Assembly (NCBI GenBank): GCA_946965045.2
Contig: OX337237.1
Coordinates: forward strand, 744,001 to 808,000
Reading direction: 5' to 3'
Length of the DNA stretch: 64,000 nucleotides
Origin: Epithemia pelagica
Lineage: Eukaryota > Protista > Bacillariophyta
Below, one piece after another: positions 52,292 through 64,000 of this stretch (position 1 is the first letter of the stretch; every line of letters starts with the position of its first letter). The position numbers were made by a program, and so were the translations under genes. The notes beneath the pieces are model-generated. The model was given only the letters and a program-made list of their open reading frames with translations. It was not told the origin of the DNA and searched no databases.

Positions 52292-53698
52292 ATGCCGTTT
52301 GTCTTTAAGCGCCGTTTCAACAGTCCTTCCAACAACAACAACAACAGTAACAAGATTGCCAGTGTCACCAAGGAACAGCCGCGTGTCGAAGGGACTGCCA
52401 CTTTGAAGAGCAAGTCCAACGACACGAAAAACAACACTTCTTCTGCTGCAACCACCAAGACTCCTTCTCCTCCCCCAACTTTGAATGTGGCGGCTCGTCC
52501 TTCGGATTTGATTGGCAATACACCCTTGTTGGATTTGGGTCGTCTCTTGCAAGATCATAAGGCTGTGGAGGGATGCAAGCTCTATGCCAAATTGGAATCG
52601 CTCAGTGTGTGTAGTTCCGTCAAGGATCGTTTGGGACGAAGCATGTTGGACGACGCCGAAGCTCGTGGTGTAATTACCCCCGGCAAGACCACCTTGGTGG
52701 AACCCACATCGGGTAATACTGGCATTGTCTTGGCCTTTTTGGCTCGAGAACGTGGTTATCAATGCATCTTGACCATGCCCGAAACCATGTCGGTCGAACG
52801 TCGCATGATGTTACTCGCCTTGGGATGTCAAGTTGTATTGACCCCCAAGGAAACGGCCTTGCCGGGTGCCTTGGCCAAGGCGCAAGAAATTTTGGCGGAT
52901 TTGGGCGACCAGGGATTCATGTTGCAGCAGTTTGAGAATCCTGCCAATCCCCAAATTCATCGCGAAACGACGGGTCCCGAAATTTGGCGTGATACCGCTG
53001 GAACCATGGACATTTTTGTATCCGGTGTGGGAACCGGTGGCACCGTGACGGGTGTCTCGCAATACATCAAGGGAAGTGCGAAACACAATTGTCCGCCGCT
53101 CAATCCCAACTTGTATACCGTTGCCGTCGAACCGCAAGAACAAATGTTGATTACGGCGGCCAAGGGTGGCGAAAAGATTGGTCCCCAAGGTCCAAACAAA
53201 ATTCACGGCATGGGTGCCGGCATTGTTCCGGCCGTGTTGGAGTTGGACATTTTGGATGAAGTGGTTCCCATTCATTCCGATGCGGCCATGAAAATGACGC
53301 ATGAATTGTGGATGATGGGGTTGCCCGTGGGTGTGAGTTCGGGCGCCATTGTCGCGGCCGCAGTCCAAGTGTGTCAACGACCGGAATCGGTAGACAAGAC
53401 TGTGGTGTGTGTCATTCCCAGTTTTGGAGAACGATACTTTACCCATCCGGTACGTCTAGGGATTGTGATGAATCCTTTTTGTGATTGTGTGTAAGTCTTG
53501 CATGGCATGTCGTTTTGCAGTGTACGCGGCACTGAACTCACATGATTTTTGGTGGTATTGACTTTATCTTTGTTTTCTCGTGTGAAACACTTTTAGACTT
53601 TTGCGCCGATCAAAGAACAAGCCGAAGGATTGGTCACGCAACCCCTTCCGGAACCGTATGACAATACCAAGTTTGGATTCCCCACGCCTCGTGGATAA
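52292..53698 (+). CDS. cysK: Cysteine synthase CysK3; exons 52292-53449 and 53597-53698
   Basis: CSSVKDR, PTSGNTG, GVGTGGT, GPNKIHG, PSFGERY. GTACGT...TAG intron at the same position as in the other paralogs; last exon TFAPIKEQAEGLVTQPLPEPYDNTKFGFPTPRG. Confidence 0.95.
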
Positions 53699-54131
53699 AT
53701 GATTGGTTCCTACTTTTACAATGGACCATAGATAGTAGGAAGCACGCACCCGACGCCTCGAACCTATAATATATCGTATTAGAAAAAGAAAGAAGACTTG
53801 AGCAACTGTTTGTGTCTACCGTAGACCTATTCTTTTGATTCGCTTAACATCTACTCCTACTCCTACAATGTTTGGCGACTATGCATCCATGTGTCTATGG
53901 ATGCTATGGATGCCTTTGTCTATGGATGCTATGGATGCCTTTGGTACACCGCCGCCGGGCGGTCGGTTCTATAGTCAGCAGCTTTATAGTCGCCATTGGG
54001 ACGCTGACTCTTGAGACACGTGCTTCGAACCCCTCATTTTTTCGGCTCTCGGATCTTTGGTCGGATCCACCATGAAGATCGCTTGCAACGTGCTCGACCA
54101 CCAAACGCAGAAGACAAAGGGCAACGACGAC

Positions 54132-55157
54132 ATGGCTTCTCCATCATCCTCACCGTAATCCAGGGGCGAGAATGCAGTATCCGACAAAAACACTACAAAA
54201 GCATGTCCTACATACATTCCGCAAACCATTGGAACCGGGGCTGTTCCAGCCGCCATTTCCTGGAGTGGAGGCAAGGATTGTCATTTAGCCTTGTGGCATG
54301 CCTGGCAAGATCCCACGGTTCATGTTGTGGCCTTGGTCGTCTTTGGTCTATTGATAATGGAAGACAAATTTCAAGCCCATCCTGTAGCCTTTATGCGAGC
54401 TCAAGCACAGGCGATGGGTTTGCCCCTGCTCGAATTGCATTTGGATGGCGAGCATGGCTCGACGACCCCCAAAACCAGTCCTCAACATTCAGACAAGAAG
54501 AAGCATGGCGACACAGCTTCCTCTTCGTTGTATCGGAACCAATACGTGGCCTGTTTACACTATTTGCAACAGTCGAAATACCAGATTCAAGTGATTTATA
54601 CAGGAGATATGGATTATGTTGGTACCATGACGTACAATTGGATGACCGAGTGTTGCAACCAATGTGCCAAGGACAGTGGCTTGCCCTTGACGTGTCGGTT
54701 GCCCTTGTGGCAGGCCTCGCGTACAGTTTGCTTGCAAGACTTGTGGACCAATCAGTTTCATGTCATTTATTCCTGTGTCAAGTCGCCCTGGTTCAATGCG
54801 TCATGGATTGGTCGCCGTTTGGATCCACAGGCGCTCCGTGAAATGGAACTCATCAACCATCAGTTGCAAGAACAACAACAACAACAAGATTCGTCCAATG
54901 CCACTGCTACTACTACTCCTACAACAACGAAATTGTTGGATTTGGGAGGCGAAAATGGCGAATTTCATACCATGTGTTTGGATGGACCCATGTACCAACA
55001 GGCACTCGTCTTTGCCAACAATGACAGCAGCAAGAACAACAATACGCCAGTGGTGACGAGCAAAGCATTGTACCAATGTCCTGGACAAGCCGAACAGGAA
55101 TCGTGGTGGGTCTTGGACCGAGACCGTCTCGGTTTGGAACCGCGAGACAAGTACTAG
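54132..55157 (+). CDS. Diphthine-ammonia ligase-like (Dph6/MJ0570 family) PP-loop ATPase; 5' end uncertain
   Basis: SWSGGKD at 54258-54278, in frame upstream of the listed ORF; YTGD, PLW, GENGEFHT..DGP. An in-frame TAA at 54156-54158 separates it from the ATG at 54132. Confidence 0.8.
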
Positions 55158-55692
55158 TAACACACAGACAAACGCATGACAAGGCCAACGACGACGACGA
55201 AGGATTAAAAGGATTACCCAAGAGGGAGGATCGTTGGTCGCTGTATAGTGCATGCTTTATTTAGACGAATATAGAGTGACGAGTGCCACAACTTGGCAAA
55301 AGCAGAGAAACAACAACGAGCTGACGAGAAATGTGGTGTGAGCCACTCCGAGGATTTGCTGTATCGGTCCATGGGGAGAGGACTTGCAACAGCTGCTTTT
55401 TGTCCATGATCGGTTCGAAAAACCGAAAAGGAGGGTTCTACGCACAACTTTTTCTGCGCCGGATGGTGTGGTGGTAGTGGTGACATGATTGCGGCGATGC
55501 CAGCCAAAGACGACACGACACAACAGGCAGTTTTGGAGGTGAAGGATGATACAGCTGCATCATCAGAGAAATCCTACGCAATAAAGTTGCCCAAGAGACA
55601 AAACAGAGATGAAAAGGAGTTGAGAAGCGAATATATGGGGCAATTATAATATGTTGCCCCCAATTTCTGAACGTTCCATTCCGACAAAAGAT

Positions 55693-56923
55693 CTAGATGC
55701 TAAAGAGCATAAGCGACGATGCAACAACGAGCATGCCAAAGATACAGGTCCATCCCACAATGGATCCTTTGGGTTCAAACTTAAAGGCCATGGGGAGTAG
55801 CTCAAAGATGCAGATAAAGACCATCATACCACCCACAAATCCAAACAGGATACCATTCGTGTTTCCGGATAAGGAATTTTTGATAATGATCCATCCCACC
55901 AAGGCGCCCAAGGGTTCGGACAGACCAGGACTGCCAGAGGCATAGTAAATGGGCATGGTCACACACAAACCTTCCGGAATGTTGTGAATAGCAATACCAA
56001 TCGCCAAGGCCACACCCACAGCTGGATCGTCCACATAGGCCACAAAGGTGACGAGGCCTTCGGGAAAATTGTGCAAGGCAATGGCGGCCGCCGTGGCGGC
56101 GCCCATGTTGTACAACGACTCTCGGTCCACGGACAAATCACTGGCTGAATCTGTGGGACGAGTTGCAACCGAGGCATCGCCATCTTCTCCGTCGTTGTTC
56201 TCTTTCTTTTGGTTGTTGTTCGTTGACGGTGCTTGTTCCATGGTGATCTGACTGCTACTTCCTGGTTCATCCGTCGGATCCTCCTCGGCATACGGCAATA
56301 TCATGCTTCCTTCTCCTCCACCTTGCGATGGAACAACACAGTCTTGGGGTTGTGGTTCCTCATGTTGTTGTTGTTGTTGTTGTTGTTGTTGCTCGTGTTG
56401 TTTCAGCTCATCATTGCGAGCTACCATTTCTTCCATACCCTGTTCGAGGACATCAATCATGTCGCCTCTTTTGGTCAATAGACGAATGCCATGATCGACC
56501 AGCTGATTTCGGTGTTTTTCATTGTCGAGGAACAAAGTAAAACCATGGGATGAAAGATAAAAAATCCACGCCACTGTGAGGATACAATCAACAAATACAA
56601 GCAGGATATCCATGATTTCGAAGTTTTCGACGTACCTTCATTCCGAGAATACCACCAAAAAAGCACAAGGTGGTATAGATAAAGGCATCGTCTTCATTAT
56701 GGCCGGCATCTTCAAAACCCTCGCTTGATTTTCCGTAAATGTCCACCAAGCTCACGTACAACATCACCCCCGTGGCAAAGCCCAAGGATGCAGCCAAGAC
56801 TTGGGCCGTGGCCCATTGCGCCAGACGGGGGTAAAAGACAGCCGCACTGCCGACAGCCGTCGCTCCTGCCGCTGCCAATACCAATCCAAAGGCTTGTCCG
56901 GTACGATCTTGATCGAATCCCAT
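55693..56923 (-). CDS. ZIP-family (ZupT/ZIP11-like) divalent metal transporter; exons 56923-56636 and 56502-55693
   Basis: HNFPEG and HNIPEG metal-binding helices, LGFATGVMLYVSLVDI, GLSEPLGA. GTACGT...CAG intron joins GMK to LVDHG. Q/E-rich cytosolic loop. Confidence 0.92.
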
Positions 56924-58087
56924 GCTCGCGGTTATGATAGCGTCTCGCTTGTACTTGTAACGTATTCCCTTGTTTAGTTTGTTATTTATCGTTTATGGAA
57001 TGAAAGATTATATCGCGTGACAAAATCTTTTTTGACAGCTCAAACCCCAAACCATCAAATGATCGCACGGCATCCGCATGTCGTTTGGTAAAACGAGAAC
57101 ACTGGATGGTGGTGATGCAAGAGGAACATGCATCAGTGTTGGATCAGGAGCAGAACAGTTTTGTTTGTTGTCCTTCCAAACAGTGAAGTACGAATCCGTG
57201 GTGTATTGTATTCTCTTGCCAAACAGACAAACGAGAATCGGAACAGTGGTACGTACTTTGTTAGCAATGTACTGAAGAAAGCTATAGTGGTACTGAATGG
57301 CGTTACAGGAGTCCTCCCTAGCGTCTGTGGATCTTGAATCGGCGTAGTTCGCGTTCTCGTCGTTCTCAGTCTCTTCACTTTCAGACTACAGATATTCACT
57401 GTTGATGCGTCTTCTCATTCTTGTCCTCCACACTCTTTCCGTGTCGATTCGCAAAAGTACTGTCATCCTTCGTCATTCTGCATCATACCCAAATTGTGTA
57501 GTTCTTAACAACTATTCTCGTTCATCGTTCATCTGGATAGTAGTTCGGGGATTTTGAGAACAGCCTCTTTGGACGAGAACTTTTTGCCGACAGTGTGCAA
57601 AGAACAAGCTGAGTTCACATGGGTGATGATTGGCATCTCCATCGCTTTCTTCATGGGCAGTAGTAATCATGGTCGCCGATGAAGGACGACTGATTGTCTG
57701 TGACGCTACAACGACAGCCGGACCGAGGTTGATCGCTTGGGTTCCAGCAGTCGAGCATGAAACAAAGAATGCCAACATCATGGTGTTGGATTCCAGCAAG
57801 ACAGTCGTGGGCCGTCCTTGATCTGTATTATTATTAGGGAGAAATGAATTGATGGATTCTACTCATATGAAAGCATTCTCAGAGTAAATATGGATGACAA
57901 TATAACTAGGTATTCACTTTAATGAAAAGCATTCTCACAGTAAAGAGCAAGATATGCTATTATGTTGGATCCGTTTGTGGATGTGATTGTGGGTTTAGTT
58001 TGGAATATAGGGAATTGGATTTTTCATAGGGATCAGTTGCAGGTAGTATAGTATACCCACCACTAACGCGTCATGCTGCTCTAACGA

Positions 58088-58694
58088 CTAAGGTGTTCCT
58101 GGTGCTCCTGGCGCTGGTGTGGGAATCAAGTCTTCCACAAATTCATTGATAGCAGAAGCCACTTCCGATCGAGAATTGGACTCCATCAGAAAGCCGACGC
58201 CCTCGACAATAACGATACTGGCAACAAGACTGGCTTTCACAATCATCGGAGCTGCTCCTGGTTGGCGGGCAATACCTGTCGGAGCACCAGACAAGAGGAA
58301 TGTCAATGCGAAAAAGATGGGTAAGAAGAGGACAATGGATTTCCTCCCCGAAACAAGGACAACGGCAAGCTTGTAGATTCAGTCATGATTGCCTACCTTC
58401 AACACCCTGACCCCAGGTATTTCCCGCCCCAATGCCAGCGCCTTGCAATGGAAGGCCATCCGTGATGCTGGCAAAAGGGTTTCCGAACCAGTCTCCTGCG
58501 AATTGATTCTGCGCCGTCTCATCCATTGAGACAAAAGCCTCCTCCGCGGTACCGTCTTTATTTGCCTTCGTTCGGCGGAGAGAAGGCTCTTGTTCTTGTT
58601 CTTGTTGTTGCTCCGCCTCACCAATGCCGGCAAAGGACAACGCAAGGAGAATGAGCAAAAGAACAGGGAAGGAACTACGGCTCTGAACCATCAT
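58088..58694 (-). CDS. Small secreted/membrane protein (~161 aa); exons 58694-58397 and 58275-58088
   Basis: Signal-peptide-like N-terminus. A 121-bp GTAGGC...GACAG intron, conserved in all paralogs, restores the frame into a hydrophobic helix (IVKASLVASIVIVEGVGFL). Confidence 0.7.
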
Positions 58695-59639
58695 TGTCGG
58701 AATAGGATGAACAATAGTTTTTAGTTAGGTGTTGTGCAATTTTTTGAGCGGTTCTGTGGTATGACTGATACATACGGTTTTAGCGATTCGCGATTCTTCG
58801 ACTTCGACCCCATTCGCTGAACCTGCACGCGCTCGCGTACCAGTAGGTACTTGTGTACTATTATTGTAATTACACTATGACGATACTTTCTTCTAAGTAG
58901 ACTCGTGCTATTATTCTAGTAGTCGCCACTGGTCTCTAAGTAAAAATCGTCCAGTGTCATTATTCTAGTAATTTTTAGTCTTGATCACGTGTAATGGCAC
59001 TGGAAGAATTTGATCAAGGTAGATACCGGTACCGGTATATCTACTAGTAGAGGAGACTAGTAGAGAGGCATCCTTAGTGCTTAGACATGTCTAAATTCAA
59101 GAATGGACCATAAGCGCTCAACCTAGGACGGATGTACGGGTTTAGCACTCGGGGTTAAGGATCGTGTCGACTGGGTTGTGGGTTGTGGGTTGTGGGTTGT
59201 GTCACGGGTCACGGCATCTCCAGCACGGAGCAGAATTTCCGTTTCGTCGGAGTATAGAACTATTAGTAGCATGTTACAACTGTACAATAGTGATCACTCT
59301 GGAGGATTACAACTCTTGTTTGAATTGTGTCACGTGTCACGCATCACGCAGAGAATTTGATGCCAAGAAAAACTTGATGCCAAGCAAGTACTCCTCCTCC
59401 CAGAGGATAAAGGATACTATCTAGTAGATAGTAGGGATAGCGACTACTACATGTAGGGACTAATAGCACTCGTCTACTTTGGAATAAAGTATCGACACTG
59501 TGGAATTACATTTTTAACTGAGGGCAGGCTACGCTCAGGGCACTCGTGCCGTTACAGGGCAGCTGAAGCTGCACGCACTCGTGCGCCAACAGCTGTAACG
59601 GCACTCGTGCCCTAAGCAGCCTACCCTCGTTATATATTG

Positions 59640-59830
59640 TAGCAAGGTTTGGGCCATCCCCACCAAAACCCCTTCCAGCGACTGCCAGAGGGCATGGCCA
59701 CACACAAACCTTCCCCCTTACCCACAGCTGGAAGGCCACAAAGAGGTGACAAGGCCTTCGGGAAAATGGTACAAGGCAATGACGGCCGCCGTGGCGGCGC
59801 CCACCACTACGATACGTTGCATAGGATAGT
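59640..59830 (-). pseudogene. ZIP transporter fragment (TM4-TM6 region)
   Basis: AAVIALYHFPEGLVT and GSRWKGFWW remnants with frameshifts. Confidence 0.7.
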
Positions 59831-60264
59831 TCGGGGATATTGAGAACAACCTCTTTACAAAAACTTTTTGTACACGGTGCAAAGAACAAGCTGAGTTCAA
59901 ATGGGATTGAGCGGATGATTTGCGTCGTCTCCATCACTTTGAAGGGAAGTCATCATGGGCACAAATGGATGACTACTGACTGCGACGCTATCTATACAAG
60001 GACAGTGGGGGCGACGTTTTCGCTTGTTCCAGCACCATTCGAGCATGAAACAAAAATATGCCAGCATAATGGCGGCGGATTTCAGCAATTCAGTCGGTGA
60101 CCGTCTTTGTGATCTATATTTTGTGGAGAGAAATGAATCGATGGCATTCTATTTGATATGAAAGCATTCTCACAGTTAATGGCTGGATATACAATTATGT
60201 TGGATCTGTCTGTTGCTGTGATTATGCTAGTGGCTTTTGTTTTGGGTAGAGTGTTGGATTCCCC

Positions 60265-61300
60265 TTACGGGGATAAGAACTTTTTCACAAAATCCTTGAT
60301 AGCTTTAGCCAGATCCGAGCGAGACTTGGAATCCTTGAGAAAGTCGATGCCCTCGATGACAATGACACTGCCAAGAATACCGGCTGTTAAAATGTTATTC
60401 TCTTCTGCTGGTGAGCGTGCAATACCTGTCGGAACCCACCAGAGTGTGAATACGCAAAAGGCTCGTAAGAAGACAATACATTTTCTCCGTGAAACAAGGA
60501 CAATGTCATGCTTGCAGATCAATCATGGTTACCTACCTTCAACAGCCTGACCCCATGCTTCTCCCAACCCAATGTCTGCTCCTTGCAATGGGAAGTCATC
60601 ACCAAGAGTAGTGCCGCTCAAAGTGCGATGCTGCGATGTATCATCAGTGAACTGTTGTTCTTCCGCAGCTTCCATCCGGCGGCGAGAAGGCTCTACAAAA
60701 TCATTGATAACCTTAGCCATATCCGAGCGAGACTTGGAATCCTTGAGAAAGTCGATGCCCTCGATGATAATGACACTGGCAAGAATACCGGCTTTGATAA
60801 TTTTGTTCACCGCTTCTGGTCGGTTTGCAACACCTGTAGGAACCCACCAGAGTGTGAATACGAAGAAGGCTCGTAAGAAGACACTACATTTCCTCCGTGA
60901 AACAAGGACAATGTCATGCTTGCAGATCAATCATGGTTGCCTACCTCGAACACCCTGACGCCATGCTTCTCCCAACCCACTTCCAGCTCCTTGCAGTCGC
61001 AATGGAAACTCAAATGGAAAGCCATCACCAAGGAAAATATCACCAAGGAAAATGCCGCTCAAAGTGCGACGACGCCAGTCCCCAGCGAATTGATTCTGCG
61101 CCGTCTCATTAATGAACTGTTGTTCTTCCGTAGCTTCCATACGGCGGAGAGAAGGCTCCACAAAATCACTGATAGCCTTGGCCAGATCCGAGCGAGACTT
61201 GGAATCCTTGAGAAAGTCAATGCCCTCGATGATAATGACACTGGCAAGAATACCGACTTTGACTACATTCGCTTCTTCTTCTGGTATCTGGTATGCGTGA
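60265..61300 (-). repeat. Tandem ~400-bp intron-containing repeats of the small secreted-protein module (about 2.5 units)
   Basis: Repeated ILASVIIIEGIDFLKDSKSRSD and FPLQGAGIGLGEAW..GVEG segments, each unit with the same GTAGG...ACAG intron. Confidence 0.75.
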
Positions 61301-62202
61301 AATAGCTGTTGGAACCCACCGCAGTCACGTTATGAGCCGGGCGCCAGCCTCTGTCTCCGGTCTCGCATGTGGAAATCCACGCGAGCCAGCCGTGTGGCGT
61401 CCCTCGCTTCTGCATGCTTGGTGCGACCTTATGCGTCCTAACAGCGACCTAACACGACTCAAGACTGACTCATTCGGAACATTCCAAATTTGCATTCGTC
61501 GTCGTCTTCTCTGTCGTCCCCGCACTTTATTGATCCACTCTTTTGTCGTTGGCGTTGGCGGAGAGAGTGTGAGAACAGTGAGGAGGAAGTCATCAGTTGT
61601 TAGGTCTAGACTCTCGGGAACCCGAGCGAAGAGGCATCTCTGTAACGACGACGAACGCGTGACAGTGCTGCAAGAGCAGGTACTTTTGTTGGGAAACGAG
61701 TGACGAACCAAAAGTTGCTCTATTATTCGATTCGCTAGAATTGGTCGGTTGTTGTTGTGGCTGGGGCAAATTATTCAATTTCAAGAATCTACAGGACTCC
61801 AAGCAAGCAATTGGCATCTTTTCAGTCCACGGCAGTGACTGTTGCAATGACGCAAAAAATGACTGCGTTGTGGTGCACATCCAGGTCATTACTGGTTCTC
61901 TTCATCGTCCTCGTTTGGAGTGGATTGGTGGCCACCAATGTACAAGCCTTTGTGCCGCTTCCTCCTCGTCACAATCTACAAAGTATTCGGCTGTTGATCG
62001 AACAATGATGCATATTCCGCTTGTAACACCACCATAGTGTTGTCGTTTACGGGTGCTCTGTGATCCTTTGATGGTTTGGGGGTGGAGCTGTCAAAAAAGA
62101 TTTTGTCACGCGACAAAATATTTCATTCAGTAAAAGATTATGATGAAACCACTCAAGGGAATACGTTACAAGTACAAAAGAGAAGCTATCCTAACCGCCA
62201 GC

Positions 62203-62470
62203 ATGGGATTCGACCGAGATCGCACCGGATTGTTATTGGCGGCGGCAGGAGCGACGGCTTTCGCCTTTGCGGTTGTCTTTTACCCCCATCTGGCTCAATG
62301 GGCCAAGTCTTGGCTGCATCTTTGGTTTTTGCCCCGTGGGTTATTATGTTGTACATGAGCTTGGTGGACATTTACGGAAAATCAAGTGTGGATTTTGAAG
62401 ATGCTGGCCTTGTGCAGACGATGCCCTTATCTATACCACCTTGTGTTTTTTGGCTAGCATTCGCGGAATG
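62203..62470 (+). pseudogene. Inverted ZIP transporter 5' fragment with duplicated upstream region
   Basis: MGFDRDRTG...AAAGATA...FYPHLAQW with frameshifts. 62070-62200 is the reverse complement homolog of 56930-57060. Confidence 0.75.
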
Positions 62471-62684
62471 AAGAAACGTCGTTAACTGCGAAATGGACAA
62501 TACCCTCTTTTGGGGTTGTCGGACATCAAACTATTCTACAGACGACAATCAAACTATTCTTCTCACGAAATTCTTTTGGATCTGCTACTTTTGATCGATT
62601 TAGATGTGATTGTGGGTTTGGTTTGGATACAGGCTGTTGGATTCCTCTGCTTCGTACAGGGCCAACTTGTGACCATGCTTCACT

Positions 62685-63260
62685 CTAGATCTCTAACTTT
62701 GCCATGAAGGCACTGATAGCTGCGGCCCTATCCGAGCGAGACTTGGAATTTTGAAGAAAGTTGACGTCCGAGTCCTTGAGAAAGTCGACGCCCTCGATGA
62801 TTACAACACTGGCAATAAGACCGGCTTTGATAATTTGGCCCTCTACTTCTGGTTGACTCGCAATAGCTGTCGGAACCCCGCAGAGTGTGAATACGACAAA
62901 AAGATGGGTAAGAAAAGACAATGCATTTTCTCCCACAAATAAGGACAATGCCACGATCAATCATGGTTGCCTACCTGCAAGGCCCTCCTTCCAGGTTTCT
63001 CCCAACCCAATGCCTGCGCCTTGCAATGGAAAGTCATCACCGCCGCTCACAGGGCCGAACCAGTCCCCAGCGAATTGATTCTGCGCCGTCTTATCAGTGA
63101 ACTGTTGTTTTTCCACAGCCTCCGTCTGACGGAGAGAAGGTTCTTGTACTTCTGCGTCAACACCGAGGCTGGCAAAACACAAGACAAGAACAACCAGAAG
63201 GACCAGGAAAAGAGGACGGGAGGAACAAAGACTCTGGATTCGACCACTCTTGGTTTGCTC
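62685..63260 (-). pseudogene. Paralog of the small secreted protein, frameshifted in the signal-peptide region
   Basis: EPSLRQTEA...TAQNQFAGDWFG...FPLQGAGIGLGE, the same intron, then AIASQP...IIKAGLIASVVIIEGVDFLKDS. Confidence 0.65.
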
Positions 63261-64000
63261 TGACAGATATTGGATACTTGTAGTCTTTTTGTGCGCTCAA
63301 AGTTTTGGATTTCAATTTCCGGTAAGTGTCTGCTTTGGCGATCCACATATAATAGGATAGCTCGATCGCTCCGTCAGTCCTCTGTAGAGAACGAGTGGCA
63401 TGCTTCTTCTCTGCTGGGGGTGTGTTCCGATCTTTCCAAGGCCACCGGGTGCTCGGAACGATGTTGCCCTTTTTCGGCGTACATTTAGTGTTGTTGTGAT
63501 CTCGTAGTTTTGGAATTCAATTCCCGGTATGTGTCTGGTTTGTCGATGCGTCAAAACTTGGATTGCTCCATCGTTCCGGTGTTCCTTTTACGAGAGAGGG
63601 ACATGCTGTTCCTTTCTCTGCCCTCTTCTCTAATAGTAGGGCCTTTGGTCCGATCTTTCAAAGGCCAACGAGTAGTACGGCCATTACCCACACAAGGTTC
63701 TATGCCGAGGCGAGGCCGCATCCAGAAACGGTCCATGTGCGTTTGGAGCCGCGGGCTCGTTCGGAATCTCCAATTTTCAATTTTCTCAAAATGTGACCCG
63801 AAAAATTCAATGTAGATGGAATGTCCGCGGAAGCGAACATCGAGCGCATTCTCTTGCATTCCCATGGTCATTTTCTACTCCTAATAAATACTCCTACGCA
63901 AAATATAGCTATGGCCCCTATACCTCAAACCTCAACGGTTTTTTAAAGGAGCGTCCAAGGTGCGACCTCTTACGACTTGGTAAGCGACCAAGACTGACTC

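Noticed and set aside
54011-54841. 276-aa overlapping ORF
   Set aside because: Overlaps the Dph6-like gene in another frame and has no recognisable motif.
59172-59200. Interstitial telomere
   Set aside because: The unit is GGGTTGT with only about four copies, not a TTAGGG-type tract.
60265-60522. Hydrophobic peptide KHDIVLVSRRKCIVFLRAFCVFTLWW as a transmembrane helix
   Set aside because: It lies within the conserved GT...AG intron (pyrimidine-rich tract) and is preceded by in-frame stops; frame is not conserved among paralogs.
63300-64000. Short ORFs at the window end
   Set aside because: Overlapping ORFs of about 60-105 aa with no motifs or paralog support.

Overview
Eukaryotic genomic DNA with short GT-AG introns. 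It is most likely a pennate diatom, inferred from the CoDi-type copia gag and the gene style. No rRNA, tRNA or CRISPR was seen. The left ~46 kb is a tandem segmental duplication (1-~23370 repeated at 29448-~45740, initial offset 29447) of a unit running cysteine synthase - transposons - cysteine synthase. Main observation: each unit carries two diverged members (A and B) of a DNA transposon family. Their transposases align motif by motif with the RAG1/Transib catalytic core (DDE triad, ZnC2/ZnH2 ligands), and the last part of the core lies behind a conserved intron that the ORF track misses. The transposase gene is arranged tail-to-tail with an unrelated ~533-aa partner gene (possibly BAH-like, not kelch), and element A is bounded by 18-bp TIRs. 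This is a ProtoRAG-like two-gene layout with a different partner. Also present: an intact 6.8-kb hAT element carrying an endonuclease III-like (HhH-GPD) glycosylase as cargo, a piggyBac-like element, several MITEs whose TSDs are confirmed by empty paralogous sites, and a copia LTR/gag fragment fused to the B partner remnant. The right ~18 kb holds a birth-and-death array of a coiled-coil gene with cysK fragments, a fourth full-length cysK, a Dph6-like PP-loop ATPase, a ZIP metal transporter with relics, and a family of small secreted/membrane proteins. All homology calls are by eye from motifs; no database searches were run.
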